Below the pieces are notes generated by a model. The model saw only the letters and a program-made list of their open reading frames with translations, was not told the origin of the DNA and ran no database searches. The position numbers and the translations under genes are program-made. DNA of 64,000 bases from Syntrophorhabdaceae bacterium (GTDB taxonomy: Bacteria > Desulfobacterota > Syntrophorhabdia > Syntrophorhabdales > Syntrophorhabdaceae), in contig OY762209.1 of the NCBI GenBank assembly GCA_963665295.1, forward strand, positions 1,120,001-1,184,000, given 5' to 3'. Below, in pieces: positions 29,197 to 39,143 of the stretch. Positions within the stretch are counted from its first letter, which is position 1. Each line of letters opens with the position of its first letter.

Positions 29197-29868
29197 TCAG
29201 CGGAGGTCGTTTTCGGTCTCCTTCGGCTTGCCGCTCAGGCGGACCACCGCGTAGATCAAAGCCAGAAGACCCGCGCCCCCTCCCACTACCACGGGGAGGC
29301 TCCAGAACGTCCGGGGTAGAGCGCCGTAGAGGCCGATAATTCCGAAGAGGATGAATACCAGAGCGGCAAACCACTTGATGGCCCGGTCCGGGATGTTCTT
29401 GCCGAGCACTATGCCGAAGATGATGCCTATGGCGTCCGCCACCAGCATGCCCGTGGTGGTGCCGAGCCATATCTGGATGATATTTTCGTATTTCGTGGCA
29501 AGGGCGATGGTGGCGAGTTGGGTCTTGTCGCCCATCTCGGCAAAGAAGAAGGCTACGGCCACCGTCCAGAAGGGGCTGAATTTAAACCTCTTATCCTCGT
29601 TGTCCAGCTTGTCCCCCCTGAGCGTCCAGAGGCCGAAGAGGATGAACGACGCGGATGCGATGATCTGGATATAATGGAGCGGCACCACCTTGGTGAGGTA
29701 ACTGCCCAAAAGCACCGCACACAGGTGGTTTACCAGGGTGGCCACGAAAACCCCCCACATGACCGTCTGCCAGCGGTAACGGGACGCAAAGGCCATGGCG
29801 AGCAGTTGGGTCTTGTCGCCCATCTCCGCGAGGACCACGAACACCAGTGAAGCGATATAGGTTGTCAT
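29197..29868 (-). CDS. TMEM165/GDT1 (UPF0016) Mn2+/Ca2+ transporter
   Basis: Two AEMGDKTQL motifs, TM helices, GAGGAGG RBS, Mn riboswitch upstream. Confidence 0.95.
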   Translation of the reverse strand: MTTYIASLVFVVLAEMGDKTQLLAMAFASRYRWQTVMWGVFVATLVNHLCAVLLGSYLTKVVPLHYIQIIASASFILFGLWTLRGDKLDNEDKRFKFSPFWTVAVAFFFAEMGDKTQLATIALATKYENIIQIWLGTTTGMLVADAIGIIFGIVLGKNIPDRAIKWFAALVFILFGIIGLYGALPRTFWSLPVVVGGGAGLLALIYAVVRLSGKPKETENDLR

Positions 29869-29886
29869 CATACCTCCTCGACACAC

Positions 29887-29943
29887 AAAATAAAAAAGCG
29901 AGACACTTTAGATGGACGTTCACGTCGCACTAAAGGTCTCGCT
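29887..29943 (-). terminator. Riboswitch-controlled terminator overlapping the aptamer 3' strand
   Basis: Minus strand AGCGAGACCTTTAG pairs with CTAAAGTGTCTCGCT, followed by TTTTTATTTT. Confidence 0.75.
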
Positions 29944-30019
29944 AATTGGCTTTCACCAATGACAAGGCCAGGGCATATGCCCAGCATGTTGACCTTGTCT
30001 TGTTAGCTACTCCCCCTCA
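29930..30019 (-). promoter_or_regulatory. yybP-ykoY manganese riboswitch
   Basis: Minus strand GGGGGAGTAGCTA...GACAAGGTCAACATGC...GGCCTTGTC...TAGCGAGACCTTT, upstream of a UPF0016 gene. Confidence 0.9.
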
Positions 30020-30104
30020 GGGTTGTTAAATTATAGAATAAACCCCACCGGATATCAACAGATTGTTCAAAAGTATTTTTCCCTCACGAAGAAGGGGCCT
30101 GTTC

Positions 30105-30560
30105 TCAAAAGAGAACGGTGAGGCCCACCAGCACCTGCAAGGCATAGAGGACTACGATCGCAACCCCTATGGCGAAATGGGGTGTCCTCCATAGGGGACC
30201 GGCTTTGATCTTCCGCGAAATTATGAAGGTGGTGAGCAACGAGAGGGCGATGAGCGCCCCGAGGATGAAGTGGAGGGGGTAGGTGAATACCTTTCCCTGG
30301 TCGATACGGGCGAGGGTGACGCCGAAGAGGAATCCCGCCGTGCCGAAGAGGACAAGGAAGGGCCCGAGCTTCCTGTGGGTCCTGATGAGGGCGAAATCCG
30401 GCGCTCCCGCAATCCTCGTTCTTCGTATCCTGAGTCCGCACCATCCCTGGTAAAGGATGGCGAGGGCAATGACCGTGTTGAAGAAGCCGTGGGCTATGGC
30501 CATATATTCTATAATCTGTTTGTCGATCATAGAAAGAATATAGGTCGCCCCTCCGGACAT
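30105..30560 (-). CDS. Four-TM His-containing membrane protein (DUF4079-like)
   Basis: Four hydrophobic helices, each with a His (AHG, THRK, LHF, PHF). Confidence 0.65.
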   Translation of the reverse strand: MSGGATYILSMIDKQIIEYMAIAHGFFNTVIALAILYQGWCGLRIRRTRIAGAPDFALIRTHRKLGPFLVLFGTAGFLFGVTLARIDQGKVFTYPLHFILGALIALSLLTTFIISRKIKAGPLWRTPHFAIGVAIVVLYALQVLVGLTVLF

Positions 30561-30621
30561 GGCAAGGCTCCTGCCCGTTTTCGACCCCCTGTCGCGGCCT
30601 GTTCGGCCGGAAAGAGGGGTC

Positions 30622-31743
30622 TCAATGCCAGTCGTTCAGCATGAAGCCGATGCTTGCCCGGTTGACCGTGTTGTTGTAATCGATGAGGCTTTCCCCGTAG
30701 CCGTTGAAATACTGGATGTAACCGCTGAACCGCTTGTTGTCGATGAAGGGGAAGGGGAAGCTCCAGTCAAGCTGAACGGCCCCTTTGTTGTCGGCCCTGA
30801 GATTGTTCCGGAGCATGACGGCAAAGCGGTGCCCCTTCCAGTAATAGAACCCCCACAACTCGCCGTAGCCCATGTATGCGGTGATATTGGAGTTGTCGTC
30901 GTCGCTCGCATTCTCGGGTATCCTGTACCATGTTTTGAGGAGAAAGCTGAGGTTTTCCTTCTCGAACCCGAAGTTTGCCATCACGCGGTTCCAGCTCCGG
31001 GACAGGGGGTTGGCCCGGCCGTTCGACTGGTGATTGATCCCCAGGTTGACGATCCGCCCTTTTAACCCCAGGAGATCGTAATCGGTGCGGAAGTTCAGGA
31101 GCAGTTCCGGCTCGTAGTTGACCTCCCGGAAAGGCGACGAGAAGGCGGCGTTATAGAGCTGCCAGAAGGCGAGCTGGGTATAGCCGAACCAGAGGTCCAT
31201 ATCCTCCCCCATCACGTCCTCCCAGAGTTTCGTCTTGAAGCTTATCTGAAACTTGGCCTCCGTATGCTGAGCCCGGGCATTATTTGAGACGTCGAGCATG
31301 GGCTCCTGGTTGAGGGTGGAATTGTATGCCACGGGCAGCATATAGTTGGGCCGGTGGGGCCTGATAATGGAACGGGCGGCCCTGCTCGGGGCGTCCAGAT
31401 CCCAGTGGCGCGCCATGACGGACGAGGTGTTGTCCCCGGCAACGGGCTCCCCCTTGGCCTCTTTTACGGGCGTCCCCTCGGGAAGGGCGGTGGCGGGCGG
31501 TTTTGCCCGGGGTTCCGCGGCCCGGGCAGGGCCGTTGCCCGGGGGTTTTCTTCCTGCAAGGGTGTCGAAGCACCTCAACCGCTCGGTGTCGTCCTCTATC
31601 TTTATACACCCCGCCAACCCGTCCGGCATGTTGGCGGCTGCACTGTTTCCCGCGACGAATTGGAGCAGGAGCAGGGTGACAATAAAGAGACCGAGGCCTC
31701 CCACCATCTGGAGGTTCCGTTTTTCGTACAGGAGAGATTTCAT
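30622..31743 (-). CDS. pldA: Outer membrane phospholipase A
   Basis: KFQISFK, GYTQ..FWQ.YN...SSPFRE.NYEPE, catalytic HQSNG, SRSWNR, GYGESLIDYN. Confidence 0.93.
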   Translation of the reverse strand: MKSLLYEKRNLQMVGGLGLFIVTLLLLQFVAGNSAAANMPDGLAGCIKIEDDTERLRCFDTLAGRKPPGNGPARAAEPRAKPPATALPEGTPVKEAKGEPVAGDNTSSVMARHWDLDAPSRAARSIIRPHRPNYMLPVAYNSTLNQEPMLDVSNNARAQHTEAKFQISFKTKLWEDVMGEDMDLWFGYTQLAFWQLYNAAFSSPFREVNYEPELLLNFRTDYDLLGLKGRIVNLGINHQSNGRANPLSRSWNRVMANFGFEKENLSFLLKTWYRIPENASDDDNSNITAYMGYGELWGFYYWKGHRFAVMLRNNLRADNKGAVQLDWSFPFPFIDNKRFSGYIQYFNGYGESLIDYNNTVNRASIGFMLNDWH

Positions 31744-31942
31744 AAGTACCTCACTTTGTTCGTGATACCGATCTTGAAAATAAGCCGGTTCGGGAGGAAA
31801 AAGCAAGAAGAAAAAGCCAAGGGGCAATTTGTGTTGATTCACAAGGGATTCTGGGCTACCCTTTTTAAGGCGTCCCTTCCTATGATGAAGCCGTATTTTT
31901 TTTCGGTCCGTGAGTCCGAAGGGGCGGCCCACGTAAGAGGTC

Positions 31943-32752
31943 ATGGAGATACCCGTTCCCGGTTATAGAGAGGCAGGCAGAGGGCCTTCGGTGGTCTGCA
32001 TTCATGGAAGCGCGAGCTCGTCAGGTCAGTGGCGTCCGTTAATGGAAAGGCTGTCGGACCGGTTCCGCCTCATCGCCCCCGACCTCTATGGCCATGGCCG
32101 CACGACCCCCTGGCCGGGCCTGAGGGGGATGGAGGTGGATGACGAAGTCGATCTCCTGGAGCCTGTTTTCCGCATGGCGGGCGACCGGTTCCACCTTGTC
32201 GGCCATTCCTGGGGAGGGGCCATAGCCCTGAAAGCCGCCTTGCGCCACCTGCCCCGGTTGATCTCGGTGACCCTCTTCGAACCCGCCCTCTGGAGCCTGC
32301 TCGTGGCCCACGACCCCTCAAGCCTCGCTTCACGGGAGATCATCCGGAACCGGGATGAGACCCAGCGCATGATGGATGGGGGACATTTCGCGGAAGCGGG
32401 CGAGTATTTCATCGATTACTGGGTGAGGCCCGGCACGTGGACACGCATGACAGAGGCCCGGAAAGAGGCCTTTACCGCAGGCATGTGCGCGGCAAGCCCC
32501 GAGTGGCACGCGTCGTTCGACGATAAAACACCCCTCACCGCCTTCGCCGCCATGGACGTTCCCACCCTCCTTCTCTCCGGAGGCGGGTCCACGGTCCCCG
32601 CGAGGACCATCACCACCCTCCTCTCCACCGTGATTCCTCACGGGAAGATGGAGAACCTCGAAGGCATAGGACACATGGGTCCCGTAACCCACCCGGACAT
32701 AGTGAACGCCAGGATAGAGGCGTTCCTTGTTACATTCCCCCCTGCCCCGTGA
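31943..32752 (+). CDS. Alpha/beta hydrolase
   Basis: IHG, APDL.GHG, nucleophile elbow GHSWGG, GHMGP. Confidence 0.9.
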   Translation: MEIPVPGYREAGRGPSVVCIHGSASSSGQWRPLMERLSDRFRLIAPDLYGHGRTTPWPGLRGMEVDDEVDLLEPVFRMAGDRFHLVGHSWGGAIALKAALRHLPRLISVTLFEPALWSLLVAHDPSSLASREIIRNRDETQRMMDGGHFAEAGEYFIDYWVRPGTWTRMTEARKEAFTAGMCAASPEWHASFDDKTPLTAFAAMDVPTLLLSGGGSTVPARTITTLLSTVIPHGKMENLEGIGHMGPVTHPDIVNARIEAFLVTFPPAP

Positions 32753-32773
32753 TAGACTCTGTATAAGGCGACC

Positions 32774-34510
32774 ATGAAGAGGAAACACGAAGGGAAGATC
32801 AGCAGGAGGGGATTTCTCAAGATCGGCGCAGTTGCGGCTGCGTGTATGCTCACCGGAGTGACGGGTATTGAAGCCACGACGCCCACGGCGGATACGGTGT
32901 TCGTGAACGGCACGGTACTTACCGTGGACAGGAGCGACTCCATCGCCCGGGCGCTGGCGGTGCGGAACGGCACGATCCTCGAAGTGGGGACAAAGGAGGC
33001 CGTCTCGCCTTACATCGGCAACGCCACAAAGGTTATCGACCTCAAGGGGAGGACAATGACCCCGGGCCTTATCGATTCCCACGGCCACCTTCCCCAGTTC
33101 GGCAACAGGGAGCGCAATTGGGTCAAGCTCCAGGGCCTTGAATCCAAAGAGGAGGTCCTCGAAGCATTGGCGGAGCGGGCCCGGAAGGCCCCTCCGGGAC
33201 GGTTTATCAACGGCTGGGGCGTTGAGAGCAACGAGTTTTCCTTCATGAACCGTCGCGACCTCGACAGGATCACCACCACCCACCCCATGCTCGTTGTCCA
33301 TACCACGGGCCAGTGGGGGTTCGCCAACAGCTATGCCCTGAAAGTATCGGGCATTGACAGGTCCACGCCAAACCCGCCGGGCGCGCGGGTTCAGAAGGCG
33401 CCGAACGGAGAGCCGACAGGGCTTCTCATCCACTACCCCGCGCTCTATCTCGTGCGGAAGAAGTTCCCCATGGCGAATAAGGAGGAGATGGGCAAAAATA
33501 TTCTCTACGCCGCGAGACTTTACGCCCGGGAAGGGGTTACTGCGGTGCAGGACAACTTTTTTGACATCGGAGAGATCGGCGGCGCGAGCCATTCGGGGGT
33601 TTACCTTGAACAGGCCATGTCCGGAAGCCTGCCGGTGAGGGTCAGGATATGGCCCTACATACCGAGCATGAGCGAGGCGTCCCTCGCAGTGCAGGAGTTG
33701 TTCCGGTCCCGGGCCTTGAGGCCCGATTCACCCTTTGCCGCGGCAGTCAGGTACAAGAGGGATAACCCCGAAGGGTTCGCCAGGGTGTGGGGAGGCATGA
33801 AGATCGCCATCGACGGGTCGGGTCCCACCAGCCTGTGGTACCGGAGCGACCGGGGCCTCATGCTCCATTCCATGGAAGACCTCAACTCCATGGTAAAGCT
33901 CTTCCACGAGGCAGGCCAGCAGGTGAGCGTTCATGCCGTGGGCGACAAGGCGGTGGACACCATACTCGACGCCTTCGAGGCTGCCCTCAAGACCCAGCCG
34001 AGAGGGGACGCGCGGCACCGCATCGAACACGCCACATGTCCGCGATCGACCTCCCTGGAACGGATGAAGCGTCTCGGAGTGGTAATCTCCACGCACCCCC
34101 AGTTCCTCTACCCCTGGGGAGACAAGTGGACCACTCTGAAAGGGCAGAGGGTTATACCGGTGAAATCGTACAGGGAACAGGGAATACCCGTCGCTTTCGG
34201 GGCGGACCCGCCCGCCTTCCCCTTGTGGCAGCCCCAGTATGCCCTGTGGGACGCGGTTGCGAGAACCACGAAGGGGGGCTATGTCTTTGCCCCGGAAGAA
34301 GCCATATCAGCGCGGGAAGCCTTGAGGATCCAGACCATGGGAAGCGCCTTTGCCGCCTTCCAGGAAAAGGAGACCGGTTCCCTCGAAAAGGGAAAGCTTG
34401 CCGACCTCGTGGTGTGGGACAGGGATTTCACCACCATTCCCACGGACCGAATTCGTGAGGCAAAGGCCGAGATCACCATGGTGGGCGGCAGGATCGTGTA
34501 CGAGAGATAG
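32774..34510 (+). CDS. Tat-exported amidohydrolase (YtcJ/Amidohydro_3-like)
   Basis: SRRGFLK Tat motif; PGLIDSHGH, K...DGS, HAVGDKA, RHRIEH, G.LE.GKLADLVV. Confidence 0.9.
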   Translation: MKRKHEGKISRRGFLKIGAVAAACMLTGVTGIEATTPTADTVFVNGTVLTVDRSDSIARALAVRNGTILEVGTKEAVSPYIGNATKVIDLKGRTMTPGLIDSHGHLPQFGNRERNWVKLQGLESKEEVLEALAERARKAPPGRFINGWGVESNEFSFMNRRDLDRITTTHPMLVVHTTGQWGFANSYALKVSGIDRSTPNPPGARVQKAPNGEPTGLLIHYPALYLVRKKFPMANKEEMGKNILYAARLYAREGVTAVQDNFFDIGEIGGASHSGVYLEQAMSGSLPVRVRIWPYIPSMSEASLAVQELFRSRALRPDSPFAAAVRYKRDNPEGFARVWGGMKIAIDGSGPTSLWYRSDRGLMLHSMEDLNSMVKLFHEAGQQVSVHAVGDKAVDTILDAFEAALKTQPRGDARHRIEHATCPRSTSLERMKRLGVVISTHPQFLYPWGDKWTTLKGQRVIPVKSYREQGIPVAFGADPPAFPLWQPQYALWDAVARTTKGGYVFAPEEAISAREALRIQTMGSAFAAFQEKETGSLEKGKLADLVVWDRDFTTIPTDRIREAKAEITMVGGRIVYER

Positions 34511-34677
34511 CCCGCTCACGGGATTCATGGGACGGCTCGCCATGCCTGCCCTCCCCCGTTTCCCCCTCGGCAATTCCTCCGCGAAAGACCATTTCCCTGG
34601 TTCTTTATTTCCATCAGGGTGATACAATGTGTGGAGGCAGGCAACACCATTCCTATCTTCACTTAAGGAGGTAGAAC

Positions 34678-35148
34678 GTGAAACAGGTGCTCATAGATTC
34701 GAACCCATCGGGCAGGTTCACCATGCCCACGAAATGCCCCGGCTGCGGCGGGCCTCTTGAAAAAAACCCTTTGACCCAATCCGAAATCAAGATTGAAAAG
34801 GCGTCTTCCGTGGTCTCGGACCTGAAAAGCCTGTCCATAGGCCTTTGCGACGGGTGCGGAAAGAAGCTGTCGAGCATCAAGATGATGACGAACATCGCCC
34901 TCGCTCTCATTGGCTTCGGGCTCCTGGGCCCGGTCTTCTTCGGCATGTCCACGCCTCCCCAGATGGCGCAAGCGGGCGTCTCCGTGTGCATGGGTCTCGT
35001 GTTGCTGTGGGTGGCGGACAGAAACAAGAAGAAGAGGGTCGGCATAAGGTGCAAGAGGCTCTCCAAGAGGGAGTGGGAATTCCGGTTTGAGAACGATGCG
35101 GTGGCCGACGAATTTCAAAAGGCCAACTCTCCTGAGGCGGTCCGCTGA
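34678..35148 (+). CDS. Hypothetical membrane protein with two CxxC motifs
   Basis: AAGGAGG RBS before GTG; CPGC, CDGC, two TM helices. Confidence 0.65.
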   Translation: MKQVLIDSNPSGRFTMPTKCPGCGGPLEKNPLTQSEIKIEKASSVVSDLKSLSIGLCDGCGKKLSSIKMMTNIALALIGFGLLGPVFFGMSTPPQMAQAGVSVCMGLVLLWVADRNKKKRVGIRCKRLSKREWEFRFENDAVADEFQKANSPEAVR

Positions 35149-35203
35149 AATAACAAGGTTTTTCCAATACCACCGACGGTCGTTCGGGTTTGCCGCCATA
35201 TCC

Positions 35204-36488
35204 GCTAATGTCAACTGTTTTGTGTCAGTACAAAGACAGGGCACACTCCCTGGTTAATGTTCTCATACATAAATATCCCATAAAGGATTCTCTCGATGCT
35301 CGTTCTGTTACTGAATACTCCCATCGGTCTTGTCCTCCTGCGCACCTCCCGGAACCTCCTTTCAATGGCATTGGTCGTCCGTATTGCCTTTCTGAACTCG
35401 GGATCGGCAAACTGAAAACAGGTAAGCAGATCGTCAAGGTCATCCCTTAGACACTTTACTGCCTTGGGGTACTTATCGATCCAGGACTGGGTCCATCTCT
35501 TCGCGTAGGTCCTCGCCTCGGCATAGGTATTTGCGTTGTATATCCTCCCGAGCCCTTTCTTGACTGTTTTCTGTTTCTTCCTCGGCACCTTGTCCAGGAT
35601 GTTGCGTACCTTATGGGCAAAGCATCGCTGGAGGGGGATATCGGGGTAGACGGTGGGCAATATCGAAATCAGCCCCTGACCCCCGTCCGCACAGATGACC
35701 TCGATGCCGGAGAGTCCCCGCGTGATCAGGCTGGTGAGGAAGGTTTGCCATTCCGGGCCGCTCTCGGATCGGGCGAGGCGAAAATCTATGATCTCTTTTT
35801 TGCCGTCATGTCGAAGACCCAGGGCGACAAGCACGGGACGGGCAACCATTCCTGCCCCTGTCTTTCTCTTCATAACAATCCCGTCCAGGATAAGAGCCCG
35901 GAAGGAGCTGGTAATGCGCCTGCGATGGTAGGCATTTACTGCTTCGTCAAGGGTCCTGCCTACCCTGCTTACCGTCTGGGGGCTTATCTTCTCCCCCAGG
36001 AGCGCGAGGAGGGCAACTCCCACCTTTCGCGTGGAGAGGCCAAGAAGGAAACAGGTCAGGATGAGATGGTCGATCTCTTTGGTCCGCCGTGCATAGGCAG
36101 TGATAATACCCCTCGGGTTATACTGTCTGGTCCTCGGCACCGAAAGGGCAATGTCTCCAAGCTCGGTCAGGACATGGCGGACATAGCTCCCATTCCTCCT
36201 GTCCGGGATTCCTCTCTGATACGCCCATGAGAGATGACCTGCGACCTTTTCCTCCATCCTTTCCTTCAAGATCGTGGCGATGCTCATGCGAGCTGCATCA
36301 CGGTAATCGCCGCTCCACTCATCTTCTGAAGAAAGATTCATTTCCTTGACCATGTTAAACGCCTTTGATAAACTCTTTGTGATAATCTGTTGTTCCACGG
36401 GTACCTTCTCCTTATATAAGAATTTGGCGGTTCTTTTTAAGGAAGGTACCCTATCTTCTGCCTGTGACACAAGATATGATACATTAGC
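35204..36488 (-). mobile_element. IS256-family insertion sequence (1285 bp) with 24-bp imperfect IRs and 9-bp target duplication
   Basis: Ends GCTAATGTcaactgttTTGTGTCA and GCTAATGTatcatatcTTGTGTCA (reverse complement); direct repeat GCCATATCC at 35195-35203 and 36489-36497. Confidence 0.93.
35211..36398 (-). CDS. IS256-family (Mutator) DDE transposase
   Basis: RNG...R, VPR.R, G.STR, LDG, ES...W..FL..L..RGL, ADG, QRC..H, TTNAIER..REVRRR; GTG 36398 behind AAGGAG; stop inside the IR. Confidence 0.93.
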   Translation of the reverse strand: MEQQIITKSLSKAFNMVKEMNLSSEDEWSGDYRDAARMSIATILKERMEEKVAGHLSWAYQRGIPDRRNGSYVRHVLTELGDIALSVPRTRQYNPRGIITAYARRTKEIDHLILTCFLLGLSTRKVGVALLALLGEKISPQTVSRVGRTLDEAVNAYHRRRITSSFRALILDGIVMKRKTGAGMVARPVLVALGLRHDGKKEIIDFRLARSESGPEWQTFLTSLITRGLSGIEVICADGGQGLISILPTVYPDIPLQRCFAHKVRNILDKVPRKKQKTVKKGLGRIYNANTYAEARTYAKRWTQSWIDKYPKAVKCLRDDLDDLLTCFQFADPEFRKAIRTTNAIERRFREVRRRTRPMGVFSNRTSIERILYGIFMYENINQGVCPVFVLTQNS

Positions 36489-36579
36489 GCCATATCCCGG
36501 GGGCTGGTTATTGTGCCCCCATTTGTTGTATGATGAAATCGTGACAAAATAATGTGAAAAAGCACGGAGGTTCGGCAAC

Positions 36580-36855
36580 ATGGATCACAACATCTATTTT
36601 GAGGGAAAAGTTCAGAGTCTCACTTTGGTAACAGACCAGGGAAGGGCGACGGTCGGCGTCATCACCCCGGGCAAATTCACCTTCTCCACGTCCGCTCAGG
36701 AGAGGATGGTGATTACGTCAGGGACCCTGAACGTAAAGTTGCCGGACGGAACCCGGAAGACGGTGGGGCCGAACCAGGAATTCATGGTGGAGGCCAACGC
36801 CTCTTTCGATGTCGAAGCGGCGCACGACGTGTCTTACCTCTGCTACTACAAGTAG
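36580..36855 (+). CDS. ppnP: Pyrimidine/purine nucleoside phosphorylase (DUF1255)
   Basis: N.YFEGKV.S, ATVGV..PG...FST...ERM....G.L.VKLP, YLC.Y. Confidence 0.9.
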   Translation: MDHNIYFEGKVQSLTLVTDQGRATVGVITPGKFTFSTSAQERMVITSGTLNVKLPDGTRKTVGPNQEFMVEANASFDVEAAHDVSYLCYYK

Positions 36856-36863
36856 ATAGCCAT

Positions 36864-38558
36864 ATGTGCCCATCAGGAAAGGAACTCCCGAAGACGGAGC
36901 CGACCCCGGCAGTGCCTGCGAAAGGCGACGCGAAGGCCCCTGCATTCAAGGGCGCGGACCCGTTCCCCCTGGGACCGGACAGGACAAAGTACCGCCTCCT
37001 CACCAGGGACTTCGTATCGGTCGTGGAGGTGAGCGGGAAGGAGATGCTCCAGGTTGACCCGAAAGGGCTTACGCTCCTCGCCAACGAGGCGATGAGGGAT
37101 GTGAACTTCCTTCTCAGGACGGAGCACCTCGAACAGGTTGCCGCCATCCTTGCGGACCCGGAAGCGAGCGACAACGACAAGTACGTGGCCGCGGCCATGC
37201 TCCGTAACGCCGAGGTTTCATCGAAGTTCGAGCTTCCCTTCTGCCAGGACACGGGCACGGCAACGGTCTTTGCGAAGAAGGGCCAACAGGTGTGGACCGG
37301 CGGGAACGACGAGGAATACCTTTCCGAGGGAATTTACAGGACCTATACCGAAGAAAGCCTGCGGTATTCACAGACGGTCCCCCTCACCATGTACGACGAG
37401 GCCAACTCCGGCTCCAACCTGCCCGCCCAGATCGACATCCTCGCCACGGGCGGGATGGAATACACATTTCTCTTTGTCGCCAAGGGCGGGGGCTCGGCAA
37501 ACAAAAGCACGCTCTACCAGGAGACGAAGGCCGTCCTTAACCCGGCGGGCCTTGAGAAGTTTCTCGTGGAAAAGATGAAGACCCTGGGCACTGCCGCGTG
37601 CCCTCCCTACCACCTTGCTTTCGTCATAGGAGGCACCTCCGCCGAGTCGTGCATGAAGACGGTGAAGCTGGCCACAACGAAATACCTCGACGGCCTTCCC
37701 ACGGAAGGAAACAGGCAGGGGCAGGCCTTCCGCGACACGGACCTTGAAAAGAAGCTCCTCGAAGCATCCCATAGGATGGGATACGGCGCCCAGTTCGGCG
37801 GAAAGTACTTCGTCCTCGACGTGCGCGTGATCAGGCTCCCCCGTCACGGCGCATCCTGCCCCATAGGCATGGGGGTCTCCTGCTCCGCGGACCGCAACGT
37901 AAAGGCGAAGATCAACAGGGACGGCATATGGCTCGAAGAACTCGAACGGAACCCCGGCCGCCTCATCCCGGCCGCCTACCGGGCGGACCATGACGCCGGT
38001 GCGGTCAGGATCGATCTCAACCGGCCCATGAAGGAGGTCCTTGCCGACCTGTCGAAATATCCCGTCTCCACGAGGCTGTCCCTCACGGGCACGATGATCG
38101 TTGCCCGGGATATAGCCCATGCGCGTTTCAAGGAGCGGATCGACGAGGGCAAGGGCGTCCCCGAATATCTCAAGAACCATCCCGTGTGCTACGCGGGCCC
38201 GGCGAAGACGCCTCCCGGCAAACACGCGGGTTCCTTCGGACCCACCACGGCAGGCCGCATGGACTCCTACGTCGATCTCCTCCAGTCGCGAGGCGCGGGT
38301 ATGATCATGATCGCGAAAGGCAACCGGAGCCGACAGGTAACGGATGCCTGCAAGAAGCACGGCGGCTTCTACCTGGGCTCCATGGGCGGCCCCGCCGCGC
38401 TCCTCGGTGAGGAGCATATCAGGAAGATAGAATGCATCGACTACCCCGAACTCGGAATGGAAGCAGTGTGGAAGATCGAAGTCGTAAATTTCCCCGCCTT
38501 CATCCTGGTGGACGACAAGGGAAACGACTTCTACAAGAACCTCGCGGGTGAACAATAA
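36864..38558 (+). CDS. fumA: Class I (Fe-S) fumarate hydratase
   Basis: [60 protein letters not shown]. Confidence 0.95.
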   Translation: MCPSGKELPKTEPTPAVPAKGDAKAPAFKGADPFPLGPDRTKYRLLTRDFVSVVEVSGKEMLQVDPKGLTLLANEAMRDVNFLLRTEHLEQVAAILADPEASDNDKYVAAAMLRNAEVSSKFELPFCQDTGTATVFAKKGQQVWTGGNDEEYLSEGIYRTYTEESLRYSQTVPLTMYDEANSGSNLPAQIDILATGGMEYTFLFVAKGGGSANKSTLYQETKAVLNPAGLEKFLVEKMKTLGTAACPPYHLAFVIGGTSAESCMKTVKLATTKYLDGLPTEGNRQGQAFRDTDLEKKLLEASHRMGYGAQFGGKYFVLDVRVIRLPRHGASCPIGMGVSCSADRNVKAKINRDGIWLEELERNPGRLIPAAYRADHDAGAVRIDLNRPMKEVLADLSKYPVSTRLSLTGTMIVARDIAHARFKERIDEGKGVPEYLKNHPVCYAGPAKTPPGKHAGSFGPTTAGRMDSYVDLLQSRGAGMIMIAKGNRSRQVTDACKKHGGFYLGSMGGPAALLGEEHIRKIECIDYPELGMEAVWKIEVVNFPAFILVDDKGNDFYKNLAGEQ

Positions 38559-38665
38559 GAGCCGACATGGGGCAACTCACCGGAGGCTTGCCGCCGGTAC
38601 TTGCATCTTCCCGTTTCCGACCTATACTTGTATTAGAGAGCAAATAAGGAACGAAGGAGGAGACC

Positions 38666-38848
38666 ATGATAAGCTTCGAACTGAACGATGAAGAGGCAAA
38701 GTTGCTGTCGAGCGTGCTCGGGAACTATTATCGCCACCTGCAGGTCGAGATCAGCCACACGGACACAAGGGACTTTCGGGAGGCCCTCGTGAAGAGGGAA
38801 AAAGCCCTTGAAGCCGTAATAGAACGGCTTGGCCGTCTTGCCAAATAA
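38666..38848 (+). CDS. Small helical hypothetical protein
   Basis: AAGGAGG RBS; 60 aa, L..EI..TD..DFR..L..RE pattern. Confidence 0.7.
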   Translation: MISFELNDEEAKLLSSVLGNYYRHLQVEISHTDTRDFREALVKREKALEAVIERLGRLAK

Positions 38849-39143
38849 GGCAAGGCCGAACTACAGGTCCGCGTCCGCCTCGCCCGAAGGGCAGGCGGAT
38901 TTCCGTTATATCCCTCTTTTGAACGCCCGGTTACGCTACAAAAAATACCGCCTTTGACCTTGATCGGGCGATGGAAGGAAGCCCGGTGCCCCCGTCCGCC
39001 GTTCTCATGGCCCACCGGGTATTGACAAGGATTTTGCCGTTGGAGGATAATAGCGGAGGCTCCATGGCGCGAACGCCTCAAAACGCGGCGCCGGCAAGAT
39101 AGCGTCATCAAAGAAACCATACGCCCTATACAGGAGGTCCTTC

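Noticed and set aside
35186..35214. Outward hybrid promoter from the TTGACA in the IS256 end
   Set aside because: No -10 element at a suitable distance on the minus strand.
38855..38866. 12-mer GCCGAACTACAG shared with 57821-57832 (GTAG-type REP?)
   Set aside because: Only two short copies with unrelated flanks; could be chance.
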